A DNA stretch of 64,000 nucleotides. Source: a virus. The notes under the pieces are model-generated. The model was not told the origin of the DNA. It worked only from the letters and a program-made list of their open reading frames with translations, and made no database searches. The position numbers were made by a program, and so were the translations under genes. Location: the IMG/VR virus record IMGVR_UViG_3300025699_000004; one strand, 5' to 3'. This document shows, one piece after another, positions 56,330 to 64,000 of the stretch (position 1 is the first letter of the stretch; every line of letters starts with the position of its first letter).

Positions 56330-56638
56330 TTAATTTATATCGGGATTTTGGTCAGATAGATAATCATTTAATACATCACCCCTTAACCGATCATTATCTT
56401 TTCTTAGTTCAAGCAAACTCCTAGACATTGCTCCCATAAATACCCCGCCTATTCCTAATAGTTTTGCATGAAGTGAATCGTCTTCAACTTGATCGATTAA
56501 ATCTAATACCTTGGTCATAGTGGTTCTTAAAAAGAAATCTACTTGCTCTACATCTTGTGAAAGCATTTTTTTTGCATTCTCATCTATAACAAGATTCCAC
56601 TCATCATCAAGATAATCTTCGGGTTTATTTAATTTCAT
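56330..56638 (-). CDS. Hypothetical protein
   Basis: 102-aa ORF in the operon. Confidence 0.65.
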   Translation of the reverse strand: MKLNKPEDYLDDEWNLVIDENAKKMLSQDVEQVDFFLRTTMTKVLDLIDQVEDDSLHAKLLGIGGVFMGAMSRSLLELRKDNDRLRGDVLNDYLSDQNPDIN

Positions 56639-56873
56639 TTATTTTATTTCCTAAATTTTCTAATATTTTTTGATATATTTCATCTATTCTTTCCGCGCCC
56701 TTCATTCCTTTTATTTTATCTAAACCCTTTTTTCTTTCAAGATAATCATCTAGTATTTGATTTATTTTGCCCGATTTAGTTACAGGTATATATTCTTCCT
56801 CTTCTATTTCTTCGGATTCTTCCTTCGGAGGCATTCCCCAGGCTGAAAAGTTTTCTTCGTGATAATTATCCAT
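56625..56873 (-). CDS. Hypothetical protein
   Basis: Start re-assigned to ATG 56873, just after the upstream stop. Confidence 0.6.
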   Translation of the reverse strand: MDNYHEENFSAWGMPPKEESEEIEEEEYIPVTKSGKINQILDDYLERKKGLDKIKGMKGAERIDEIYQKILENLGNKINEIK

Positions 56874-56874
56874 A

Positions 56875-57150
56875 TTATTTAAGAGATGATTGTATTTGTT
56901 CTGATAATTCGTCAATGTCTTCGCAATCCTCTGTATGAAAGGTATTTACGACATTATCCATATAATTTATTTCTTCCTGCATATCTTTAATTGAATAATC
57001 TATTACTTGATCTGCTTCATCATAACTAGATTCTTCTTCTACTGCATTTGAATTATTTAAATAAAATTCTACATAATCCATATCGGCAGGTGTTTTGCCG
57101 AAACGATTAACCCAATATGCCATTGCCTTGATTGATAAGATATTGTTCAT
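56875..57150 (-). CDS. Acidic hypothetical protein
   Basis: 91 aa, AGGAG SD. Confidence 0.65.
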   Translation of the reverse strand: MNNILSIKAMAYWVNRFGKTPADMDYVEFYLNNSNAVEEESSYDEADQVIDYSIKDMQEEINYMDNVVNTFHTEDCEDIDELSEQIQSSLK

Positions 57151-57225
57151 AATTTTTCTCCTATTGTGATTGATAATAATAATACTAAAGCTAACATAAA
57201 TAATAATTCCATGATTGTCAAATTA

Positions 57226-57600
57226 TTAATTATAAAAAAGTTTTCCATTAATCGCTTTAACGAAATGAGCTTTATAAACTGAGCTACCATCCCCCTTATC
57301 ATAAAAACTATTTCTAGCATAAGGATTGTAAGATGCTTGTCTAATTAAATTAAGAGGGGTGTCCCATATATACCCCCTTACAAAGGCATGAACATTCTTT
57401 CTTTTCTCTTTAATTACTTTTAGTCTGTTCTTCTCATTAACTAGAAAAGAGCAATCATATAAATTAATTTCATCTGAATGTGCTTTAACTAATCCATTTT
57501 GTTTAACAGACCAACAACCTTTATGTAAGTTTCTATATACTTTAACAGGTTTAGAATAGTCTATGTAGTATCTTTTATCTGTTTGATTTAATAATTTCAT
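57226..57600 (-). CDS. Conserved phage protein
   Basis: VYRNLHKGCWSV...KNVHAFVRG...YNPY motif; TTGACA 35 nt upstream. Confidence 0.75.
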   Translation of the reverse strand: MKLLNQTDKRYYIDYSKPVKVYRNLHKGCWSVKQNGLVKAHSDEINLYDCSFLVNEKNRLKVIKEKRKNVHAFVRGYIWDTPLNLIRQASYNPYARNSFYDKGDGSSVYKAHFVKAINGKLFYN

Positions 57601-57644
57601 GTAATCAATATCACATAAGAATTACACCTTGTCAAATAAAATAA

Positions 57645-58107
57645 AAAAACCTCCCCTCTCTGATTAACAACTAAGGTAATAAAGCTTAGTCTCAGAGAGA
57701 GAAGGAGAACGATGAGCTACGAACTCAAAATTAAATTGGTGTGGGGGAGGACTACTGTATACCTCCGACTTTTCGGCATGAACATCAGTTCATAGAGTTC
57801 CTACTTTGTACTACAAATTAGACGTGGTATTAGTCTTTCGCTCATCCGATTGGACTCTGCGTCCCCACCACAGGGAATTTGCATACCTTAGCCCGCTCAT
57901 GACAGGCTTGCTCAGTCACCCACAGGAGAAGCATATCTACTTCTCCAAAGTGTCGGGGGGTAGAGTTTATTTGTTCACCTCGGCAAACAAAAGGATATAA
58001 CCAAAACCTTGCTCTACCGCAGGAATTTATCCTGCGTAACTCCCCTTTATGAAAATGTTAAAGATCAAGTCTTATTTGATTTAATTGAGTTCGACTTTCT
58101 CAATGAT
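57645..58107 (-). ncRNA. Large structured non-coding RNA with group I ribozyme-like core topology
   Basis: Own promoter (TTGACT 58142, TATACT 58119), boxA, more than 10 predicted helices, terminator 57645-57706; no convincing ORF. Confidence 0.75.
58052..58067 (-). promoter_or_regulatory. rrn-type boxA-like element
   Basis: GATCTTTAACATTTT ahead of the structured RNA. Confidence 0.65.
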
Positions 58108-58393
58108 TTATATAGTATACTCTATTATTTGGAATAAGTCAAGAAGTTTTTCTACTTATTTCTATTTTTTATTTTTATTTTATATTTTATTTGTGCTAAG
58201 TCTTTTCTTATCTGTTTAGTTATTTCGATTGTTTCTTCTTCCAATCCTCTAACTAATTTAATTAATGCTCCGTGTTTACTCATGTTATTACAATATAGAT
58301 CAGTATTTAGAATAAGTCAAAGAGTTTATTATTTATTATTATTATTTATAATTTTTTAAAACTTTTTAAAAATCGGCGTTATCTGATTAGAAT

Positions 58394-58567
58394 CTACAAG
58401 AATTTGTGCAATATATTTAATTGATTTAATCCTACATATTTAGCGAAGTAAGAACAGAATTCTGCGATCCTGTGCATTTCCCATCCTTCTTTCCTCATTA
58501 CATCTCCTACTTGAGTATAATCTCCTTTATTCCACATCTCTGTTAATTCGATATATTCTGTTTTCAT
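58394..58567 (-). CDS. 57-aa hypothetical protein (not in the ORF track)
   Basis: MKTEYIELTEMWNKGDY...LNILHKFL. Confidence 0.6.
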   Translation of the reverse strand: MKTEYIELTEMWNKGDYTQVGDVMRKEGWEMHRIAEFCSYFAKYVGLNQLNILHKFL

Positions 58568-58637
58568 TATTTGTTTATTTATTTATTATTTAATTTATTA
58601 TTATTTATTATTTAATTTATTATTTATTCAATTTAAA

Positions 58638-58714
58638 TGGTGGGTTCTGTGAGGCTCGAACTCACGACCTGCCGATTATGAGTCGGATGCTCTAACCAAC
58701 TGAGCTAAGAACCC
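58638..58714 (-). tRNA. tRNA with CAT anticodon, probably Ile2 (lysidine)
   Basis: GGGTTCT/AGAACCC, CGACTCATAATCG anticodon arm typical of Ile2, A73, encoded CCA. Confidence 0.93.
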
Positions 58715-59190
58715 ATTCTATATTCTTCTGTTTCTATATATTCTTCTATTGTTAAATTTAATTTATCTACTCTATTTTCAAACTCATCAAAAAAGAATAT
58801 TAATAAACTGCTTATTTTATTTTCTATTTTTTCTTTTTCCGCTTTATTTAATTTATTATTTAATTCTTTCTTACATTTTACTATCTGATCGACTAATCCT
58901 TCTATGAACTTTATTTCTTCTTCTATTTTCTGATTAATTAATTTATTATTATATTGTTTATTAAATAATTCTTTTGTTTTATTTAATTCTTTTATTAAAA
59001 ATATACTTTCTTGCTTGAGTTCGTCTTCGATCTCCATTTTTTTTTCTTGACTTTATTAAAATAGTGCGATATAATTAATTATTTTATATATTTAAATTCG
59101 CCACACCACTCTCAAACAAATAATAATATAGTAATAAAGTTCTGAATAGTAACAATCTCTGTATAAAACATTATATATTCTCTCTCTATC

Positions 59191-59472
59191 TTATTGTTTA
59201 TTATCCTTATTGTTATTCTTAATAGGATGTTTATTGGAAGACTTGGGTTGATCGTCCCTAAGTTTGCTTTTAAGATGGGTGAAATCATAGAGAAGATGAT
59301 TCTTCTCTTTGTATCGTTTATCAGAGGGAACGATTCTCTCGAAAACCTTACCTCCAACGAGTTTCCCTGTTTGAATTGCCCATTGCTTGATGGTTTTTAA
59401 GGGAGTGTTAGGGAACTTATGCGAATAAGATGCTTGGTGAACTCCTCGTGAATCAAATACTGAATATCTCAT
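59191..59472 (-). CDS. Hypothetical protein
   Basis: 93-aa ORF with upstream TTGACA-17-TATATT. Confidence 0.6.
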   Translation of the reverse strand: MRYSVFDSRGVHQASYSHKFPNTPLKTIKQWAIQTGKLVGGKVFERIVPSDKRYKEKNHLLYDFTHLKSKLRDDQPKSSNKHPIKNNNKDNKQ

Positions 59473-59532
59473 AGTTTGTAATAATTGTTAATATACTTAT
59501 AATATACTTTATAATTTATGTTTTGTCAAGTT

Positions 59533-59886
59533 CTAATTTATACTTTCTTTACTCGCTCTTTCGAGTATACCTTTTAAGAATGAATCCCCTCCTTGACATA
59601 AAGCATTTGGATATAATGATCTTTGATGATCTGCCCAAGTTTGTCTTTTATCATCCCAATGTTTAATACTAGAAATTAAATCAACAACATCTTGCCATGA
59701 AAGATATGAGCCAACATCATAGTCGCTTAATGGTATGTTGCCAATATCGTCCCATAGAAGCACCTCAAAAGTGTTTGAAGACCTTGACCCTTGGCATCCA
59801 TTGCCTTGAACAATTGATATGCTTATATCGTTTACTTGATAACTTGCTTGCCAATGCAAATCGTCCATGTTGGTGATAATATTCAT
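59533..59886 (-). CDS. Hypothetical protein
   Basis: ISISIVQG...TFEVLLWD...GSYLSWQDV motif. Confidence 0.65.
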   Translation of the reverse strand: MNIITNMDDLHWQASYQVNDISISIVQGNGCQGSRSSNTFEVLLWDDIGNIPLSDYDVGSYLSWQDVVDLISSIKHWDDKRQTWADHQRSLYPNALCQGGDSFLKGILERASKESIN

Positions 59887-59887
59887 T

Positions 59888-60202
59888 TTACTTAAATTTT
59901 AATTTTTTAATTTGATAGTCGTGGAATAATGTTTTCCATTCACTTAATGATTTTGTTTGTCCTATTAGATTAGTTTTACCTTTTACTCCACATTCTACTA
60001 ATTCTGCGCGAAGTCTAAGAAATTCCATAAAATCAATTTCATTATTAATATGTTTATCTGCATTTGGATAATTAATATTAATTAAAGCTATTTCCTTCTT
60101 ACTTAAAAAAGACCTTCTCCACATTGGAGAATCCATTATAGATAGATAAGATTCTATTGTATTGCAAGAGTTAATTAAATCTGTTGTTTTTTGAGAAATC
60201 AT
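59888..60202 (-). CDS. Hypothetical protein
   Basis: 104-aa ORF in the operon. Confidence 0.6.
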   Translation of the reverse strand: MISQKTTDLINSCNTIESYLSIMDSPMWRRSFLSKKEIALININYPNADKHINNEIDFMEFLRLRAELVECGVKGKTNLIGQTKSLSEWKTLFHDYQIKKLKFK

Positions 60203-60203
60203 T

Positions 60204-60380
60204 TTACTTAATTAATTTAATTTTTTTAGCTTGTTGGATAATTGCCAACTTTTTAGCAAACTCTCTTTGTTGCGCGAAAATACCTTCAGTAGCTTCGTTG
60301 TAAGTTCTGAACCTTGCATTTCTAATATATGTGCCGTTCATAATATTGTTGGCGATAGTTGATCTAATAGCTTTACTCAT
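60204..60380 (-). CDS. 58-aa basic hypothetical protein (not in the ORF track)
   Basis: MSKAIRSTIANNIMNG...; AGGA-like SD and TTGACA promoter upstream. Confidence 0.55.
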   Translation of the reverse strand: MSKAIRSTIANNIMNGTYIRNARFRTYNEATEGIFAQQREFAKKLAIIQQAKKIKLIK

Positions 60381-60636
60381 TTCGCAATTTCCTTTTTTTA
60401 GATTAATAATTTTTCTTGATAATAACTAACAATAGCATAATTAAATTTATATGTCAATACTTATTCGTAAACTTTTTCATGTTTAATTATTGAGTCTATA
60501 TGATCTTTAAGCATATCGTGCATAAGTTCCTCATCATAAACTCTTTCACCATCATCTGTCAAGGAGAAAAGAACAGGGATTTGAATTTTGTCGTGACTTG
60601 GGTAGTCGTTATCTTGATGTATTTGAATTGTATGTC

Positions 60637-60831
60637 TCATTTGCTTTTGATTATTCTAATTATTCTTGAACAAACACCATCGTAATCACTTTCTAGTGAA
60701 TTAACAACACCTTCCCATGTATCACCTAATACATCTCTCAACCAATAAGCACTTGGTAATTCTACAACATCACCAATTTTAACATTTAAATCTGTTTCGT
60801 ATGTATAACCTTCAACTACAACTTTTTTCAT
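60637..60831 (-). CDS. Small SH3/KOW-like hypothetical protein
   Basis: VKIGDVVELP...WEGVV pattern. Confidence 0.55.
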   Translation of the reverse strand: MKKVVVEGYTYETDLNVKIGDVVELPSAYWLRDVLGDTWEGVVNSLESDYDGVCSRIIRIIKSK

Positions 60832-61013
60832 TTTGAACCTCCATTTATATTTTCATTCATTTCAAAATGGTCTACATTTGAATTAAATAATTCTTCATCT
60901 TTATCCATGATTGCACAAAGATCATCATAAACATAGGACATAAGATCGTCTAAGTCCATATCGTCAACAATTTTTTGTGCGACTACCATTACATTTTCAT
61001 CTGTATAATTCAT
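60828..61013 (-). CDS. Acidic hypothetical protein
   Basis: IVDDMDLDDLMSYVYDDL. Confidence 0.65.
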   Translation of the reverse strand: MNYTDENVMVVAQKIVDDMDLDDLMSYVYDDLCAIMDKDEELFNSNVDHFEMNENINGGSK

Positions 61014-61294
61014 TATTTACTTCCCCCATTTATATTATCTAATTCGTTTTCTTTTTCTTGCCTTCTCATTGCATCGACAACTTCTTGATCTACTAAATTA
61101 TTAATTCTTTCTACATAATCAATCTTTGTATCGAAATAACAATCAATTAATTGTGCAATTTGCTCTACGCATTCATTAAATCTATAATTATATCCACCAT
61201 TTGATGGAACTTGAAAGGTAATTGATTCTGTTTCGTAATTCATGCTTTGCCCTATTGTTTGTTTGATAACTCCTTCAATTATTGAATAACTCAT
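61013..61294 (-). CDS. Hypothetical protein
   Basis: 93 aa, coupled to neighbours. Confidence 0.65.
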   Translation of the reverse strand: MSYSIIEGVIKQTIGQSMNYETESITFQVPSNGGYNYRFNECVEQIAQLIDCYFDTKIDYVERINNLVDQEVVDAMRRQEKENELDNINGGSK

Positions 61295-61303
61295 ACAAAC
61301 ACA

Positions 61304-61630
61304 CTAGCATACAAGATTATGTGCGTCAACATTTTTTCTGATTTTTTCTTTAATTTCTTGAATAAAATTATAAGAATGCTTGTTTCCCCCTAAGTGCCAA
61401 CGAGTTACGAATTCGGGATCGTTTGTATCTGATTTATAATCATAAATAGTAGCGATTGATCCATTGTCGGATTCAAGAACCCATTCGCATAGAACTTTAT
61501 TGTCAGCGGATTTTCCATAAGTTGGTGATCCAAACGAATTAATTAAACTAAAATAACTTGTAGTTGTCCAATCTACATAATAAGTTCCATTTGCTTTCTC
61601 ATTTACTTCATCTGATCTTAATACTTTCAT
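61304..61630 (-). CDS. Conserved phage protein
   Basis: LINSFGSPT...DNKVLCEWVL...TIYDYK...WHLGG motif; AAAGGAG SD. Confidence 0.7.
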   Translation of the reverse strand: MKVLRSDEVNEKANGTYYVDWTTTSYFSLINSFGSPTYGKSADNKVLCEWVLESDNGSIATIYDYKSDTNDPEFVTRWHLGGNKHSYNFIQEIKEKIRKNVDAHNLVC

Positions 61631-61701
61631 GTCGATTTTTTCTCCTTTTATAAACGTGTTTTAATAATATGTCGATACAATAAACTTTATTTTATCTTGT
61701 G

Positions 61702-61908
61702 TCAAGAGTTATTTTCATAACTATCTATTAAATCTTCTAAATCCCATTCGGTATATTCCCTAAGTAATTTAATATTCTGAAATGCTCCATCTATATAAGT
61801 TGCTCCACCCATACCATCATTACATATCTCTATGCCTTTAATGTTTGTTTTGCATTGATAACCAACACCTTTATTGGTCTTGAAGTATCTAACATTTGTT
61901 ACTTTCAT
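61702..61908 (-). CDS. Hypothetical protein
   Basis: RYFKTNKGVGY...NDGMGGAT; ATG 61908 in ATGA overlap. Confidence 0.65.
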   Translation of the reverse strand: MKVTNVRYFKTNKGVGYQCKTNIKGIEICNDGMGGATYIDGAFQNIKLLREYTEWDLEDLIDSYENNS

Positions 61909-62078
61909 TGTTGTATGCAATATTCGTTTAAATAAATACCTTCTTCTACTAATTCATCTTCTGTAAACTCCATTGGTTCTTCCCATTCCTCATCATGCAA
62001 GAAATAAGTGCCTGTGAAATTATCGTAGTAAAATTTTTCTTCGATAGTTCCATCTTCGTATATGTGATTTATATTCAT
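61905..62078 (-). CDS. 57-aa acidic hypothetical protein (not in the ORF track)
   Basis: MNINHIYEDGTIEEKFYYD...; TTGACG 36 nt upstream. Confidence 0.65.
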   Translation of the reverse strand: MNINHIYEDGTIEEKFYYDNFTGTYFLHDEEWEEPMEFTEDELVEEGIYLNEYCIQQ

Positions 62079-62110
62079 GTTTTAAACTTTACTATATTTT
62101 TGTTTTCGCG

Positions 62111-62299
62111 TCAATCTTTTTTTAATATTTCTTTTAATTGTTCTCTTCTAGCAACTATCTTGTCTGTTAAGTTAAAAATTTGCTCATCACTTAGGACACA
62201 ATTTTCAGAACCGATTGCTTGGTCAATATCATATAAAAAACCACTAATGTCAAATTTTAATTTGTTTAAATAATCTAATTCGTTTTGTATTGAGTTCAT
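62111..62299 (-). CDS. Hypothetical protein
   Basis: 62-aa helical ORF. Confidence 0.6.
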   Translation of the reverse strand: MNSIQNELDYLNKLKFDISGFLYDIDQAIGSENCVLSDEQIFNLTDKIVARREQLKEILKKD

Positions 62300-62529
62300 T
62301 ACAATTCTAAATTTGCAGTTATTGTTACGTCTAATACTCCATGATTAACTGCACTTTCAACACCATAACCTTGGTCAGTTAATTTGTCCATGATAGAATG
62401 TCTATGTCTCCAAATATCTTTATCCCATCCACGATAGTCGCAAGTAGAAAATGATGATGACCCTGTTTTAGCTACTCTATCTATATGGTATTTAATATTT
62501 GTTTTTAATTTTTCTTTTAATTCATTCAT
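62299..62529 (-). CDS. Hypothetical protein
   Basis: 76 aa, coupled. Confidence 0.65.
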   Translation of the reverse strand: MNELKEKLKTNIKYHIDRVAKTGSSSFSTCDYRGWDKDIWRHRHSIMDKLTDQGYGVESAVNHGVLDVTITANLEL

Positions 62530-62789
62530 TGTATGTATTCTCTTTCTTGTAGGTATTCTTTAAAATTAACTTTAAATTCTTTTAGCCAATGTGGGTCAAC
62601 TGCGCATTCCGCAAGTATCTCCCAAGGATCACCTAAATAGTTATCAATGTCAACATCAAAATAGAATTTTATTTGATCTGCTAATGACATATCTTTTATA
62701 TATTGTTCGTATGTTGGTAACTCCATGATTACATTATCATAATATTCGCACTCATCTTCATTTGTTCCATCATATATTGGTTGTTTCAT
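62526..62789 (-). CDS. Acidic hypothetical protein
   Basis: 87 aa, coupled. Confidence 0.65.
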   Translation of the reverse strand: MKQPIYDGTNEDECEYYDNVIMELPTYEQYIKDMSLADQIKFYFDVDIDNYLGDPWEILAECAVDPHWLKEFKVNFKEYLQEREYIQ

Positions 62790-63099
62790 GTGTATCTTGT
62801 TTTTATGGATTTTTTAATGATTTGGGATATTTTTTTAACGATAGCAGTTTTTATTTGCATAGGGATTATTTTTTTATCTAATTCAAATTAAAACTGAAAT
62901 TGCATGATATATCAAGCATTTTATTGTGTTATTGATAAAAAGTTAGTATTTATATAGTTAAACAATTATTTTGCATCTTTTATCATGCAATTTAGTTGGC
63001 GAATAGCTTGACTCAAATGAACAAATGGTTCATCCCATGCAACTCCATCGTTATCAACTATCCAATAACCACTACTTCTTTCTACTATTTCTAAATTCA

Positions 63100-63345
63100 T
63101 TATAATGCTTTTGCTTGTGTTCTACCCGCTCCATCCATTTGCATCCTAAGAATGCTTGATTGCCCCTTACGAGCAGTTGCTTGCTTGGCATACTCAAATG
63201 CACTTGGATCACTAAAAGTCTGCATGACCATAGTTGATTTATCTAAATAAATATTAAGACCCTTTTTGGGTATTGAATTTGCAATCTTTTCTGCACTTGC
63301 AATTGATTGTTTGATGCTATCTTTAAATGCTTCTGCCGTATTCAT
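63100..63345 (-). CDS. Hypothetical protein (leaderless-type promoter)
   Basis: TTGACA 35 nt upstream of ATG. Confidence 0.65.
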   Translation of the reverse strand: MNTAEAFKDSIKQSIASAEKIANSIPKKGLNIYLDKSTMVMQTFSDPSAFEYAKQATARKGQSSILRMQMDGAGRTQAKAL

Positions 63346-63416
63346 AATTATATCTTCGCATATTCCTTTCTCTTTGTCAATAAAAATTTTTAAAAACTTT
63401 TAATAATTTAATTAAA

Positions 63417-63824
63417 TTAATACCAAGACGAATAAAAGATTCTATGCTTCTTCTCAAGCATTTTTCTTGCATCTGTTACGAATTGCAAATCACTTTCTAA
63501 ATAGTAGTAACTATTTTCGGGGTAATCATTACCATCTTCGTCTGTCCAAAAGAAAGAATCACTACCCCAAAAGAAACCATTAGATTCGGGCATAGTCATT
63601 GTAAGAATGTCATCTTCAAGAGCATTAATATCTTCTTCGGTAAGTTGCAATTCAACACAATTGAAGTCACCATCTTCATTGGCATTTGGGCAACCTTTTG
63701 ATTCCCATAATTGTTGCATCCAACCTTGCAAGCGATTGTGTTTGCGCCATTCTCCAATTTGCACATCGTCATCACTATTTCTCTTGCGAGGTGGACGAGC
63801 ATAAGCATACATATCTAATCCCAT
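63417..63824 (-). CDS. Conserved phage protein
   Basis: MGLDMY...WRKHNRLQGWM...FNC...GFFWG motif; AAGGAG SD. Confidence 0.8.
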   Translation of the reverse strand: MGLDMYAYARPPRKRNSDDDVQIGEWRKHNRLQGWMQQLWESKGCPNANEDGDFNCVELQLTEEDINALEDDILTMTMPESNGFFWGSDSFFWTDEDGNDYPENSYYYLESDLQFVTDARKMLEKKHRIFYSSWY

Positions 63825-64000
63825 AATATTTTTCTCCTTATAATAATTTAATTAATATTAAACGTAATCCGCTTTTGTTGGCAATGATTCAATTACTGAT
63901 TCACACTCATCTTCTTGATCTTGAAGCATTTGCATAATTTCTTCTCTATAATCTGATTCAAATCTTTTTATAAATGCTCTATCTCTTTTGTGCTTCCAAA

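Noticed and set aside
57770-57850. Hammerhead-like words (CTGATG, ATGAG-CGAAA)
   Set aside because: The CUGAUGA core and the three stems cannot be assembled.
57806-58000. 64-aa + strand ORF
   Set aside because: Antisense to the structured RNA, with no SD or promoter.
57730-58050. tmRNA or RNase P RNA identity for the large ncRNA (5' GGGG, 3' ...CACCA)
   Set aside because: No TTCRA T-arm or G3:U70 acceptor for tmRNA; no GAGGAAAGUCC or CGGCUUA conserved regions for RNase P.
58705-59037. 110-aa extremely AT-rich ORF
   Set aside because: Low-complexity K/E/I/N composition and a 10-nt overlap with the tRNA; coding status unsupported, so not listed as a feature.
59095-59116. GGTGTGGCGAATT on the minus strand resembling a tRNA 5' end
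   Set aside because: No D-, anticodon- or T-arm can be completed.
1425-63808. Numerous short opposite-strand or nested ORFs in the six-frame track (e.g. 4192, 6657, 10399, 28651, 30160, 32031, 45314, 47950, 63596)
   Set aside because: They are shadow frames of longer, motif-supported genes.
1-64000. Reverse transcriptase/DGR, retron, integrase, transposase or alternative genetic code
   Set aside because: No RT, integrase or transposase motifs were seen; long ORFs and tight gene packing fit the standard code.

Overview
The window is 64 kb of an AT-rich, large tailed dsDNA bacteriophage genome (Caudoviricetes, probably aquatic; the host cannot be assigned from sequence alone). 1-17.3 kb: head/neck/packaging module (head-tail proteins, HK97-type major capsid protein, decoration protein, prohead protease-scaffold, portal, terminase large subunit, probable small subunit), plus a phage sigma factor, ERCC4 nuclease, SAM-decarboxylase-like protein, PhoH and a J-domain protein. 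17.5-44.9 kb: a large glycan-modification island with about 11 glycosyltransferase-like genes, 8 Sulfotransfer_2 paralogues, an Stf0-like sulfotransferase, an APS-kinase/nucleotidyltransferase fusion, a cytidylyltransferase, a HAD phosphatase, a membrane-anchored subtilase, two tRNAs and a mosaic homing-endonuclease-like gene. 44.9-46.3 kb: a non-coding/GATC-rich boundary with a 27-bp tandem repeat (candidate origin or terminus). 46-64 kb: an early-type region of tiny leftward genes, many driven by sigma70-type promoters placed so that the ATG is the +1 base (leaderless). This last region also holds two boxA-led structured non-coding RNAs (a tRNA-like RNA with an expanded anticodon domain, and a ~400-nt RNA with group I ribozyme-like core topology) and a tRNA(CAT). 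A GTGTA motif 7-12 nt upstream of late-gene starts is a candidate phage-specific late promoter. All protein assignments are motif recognition by eye; no database search was run.
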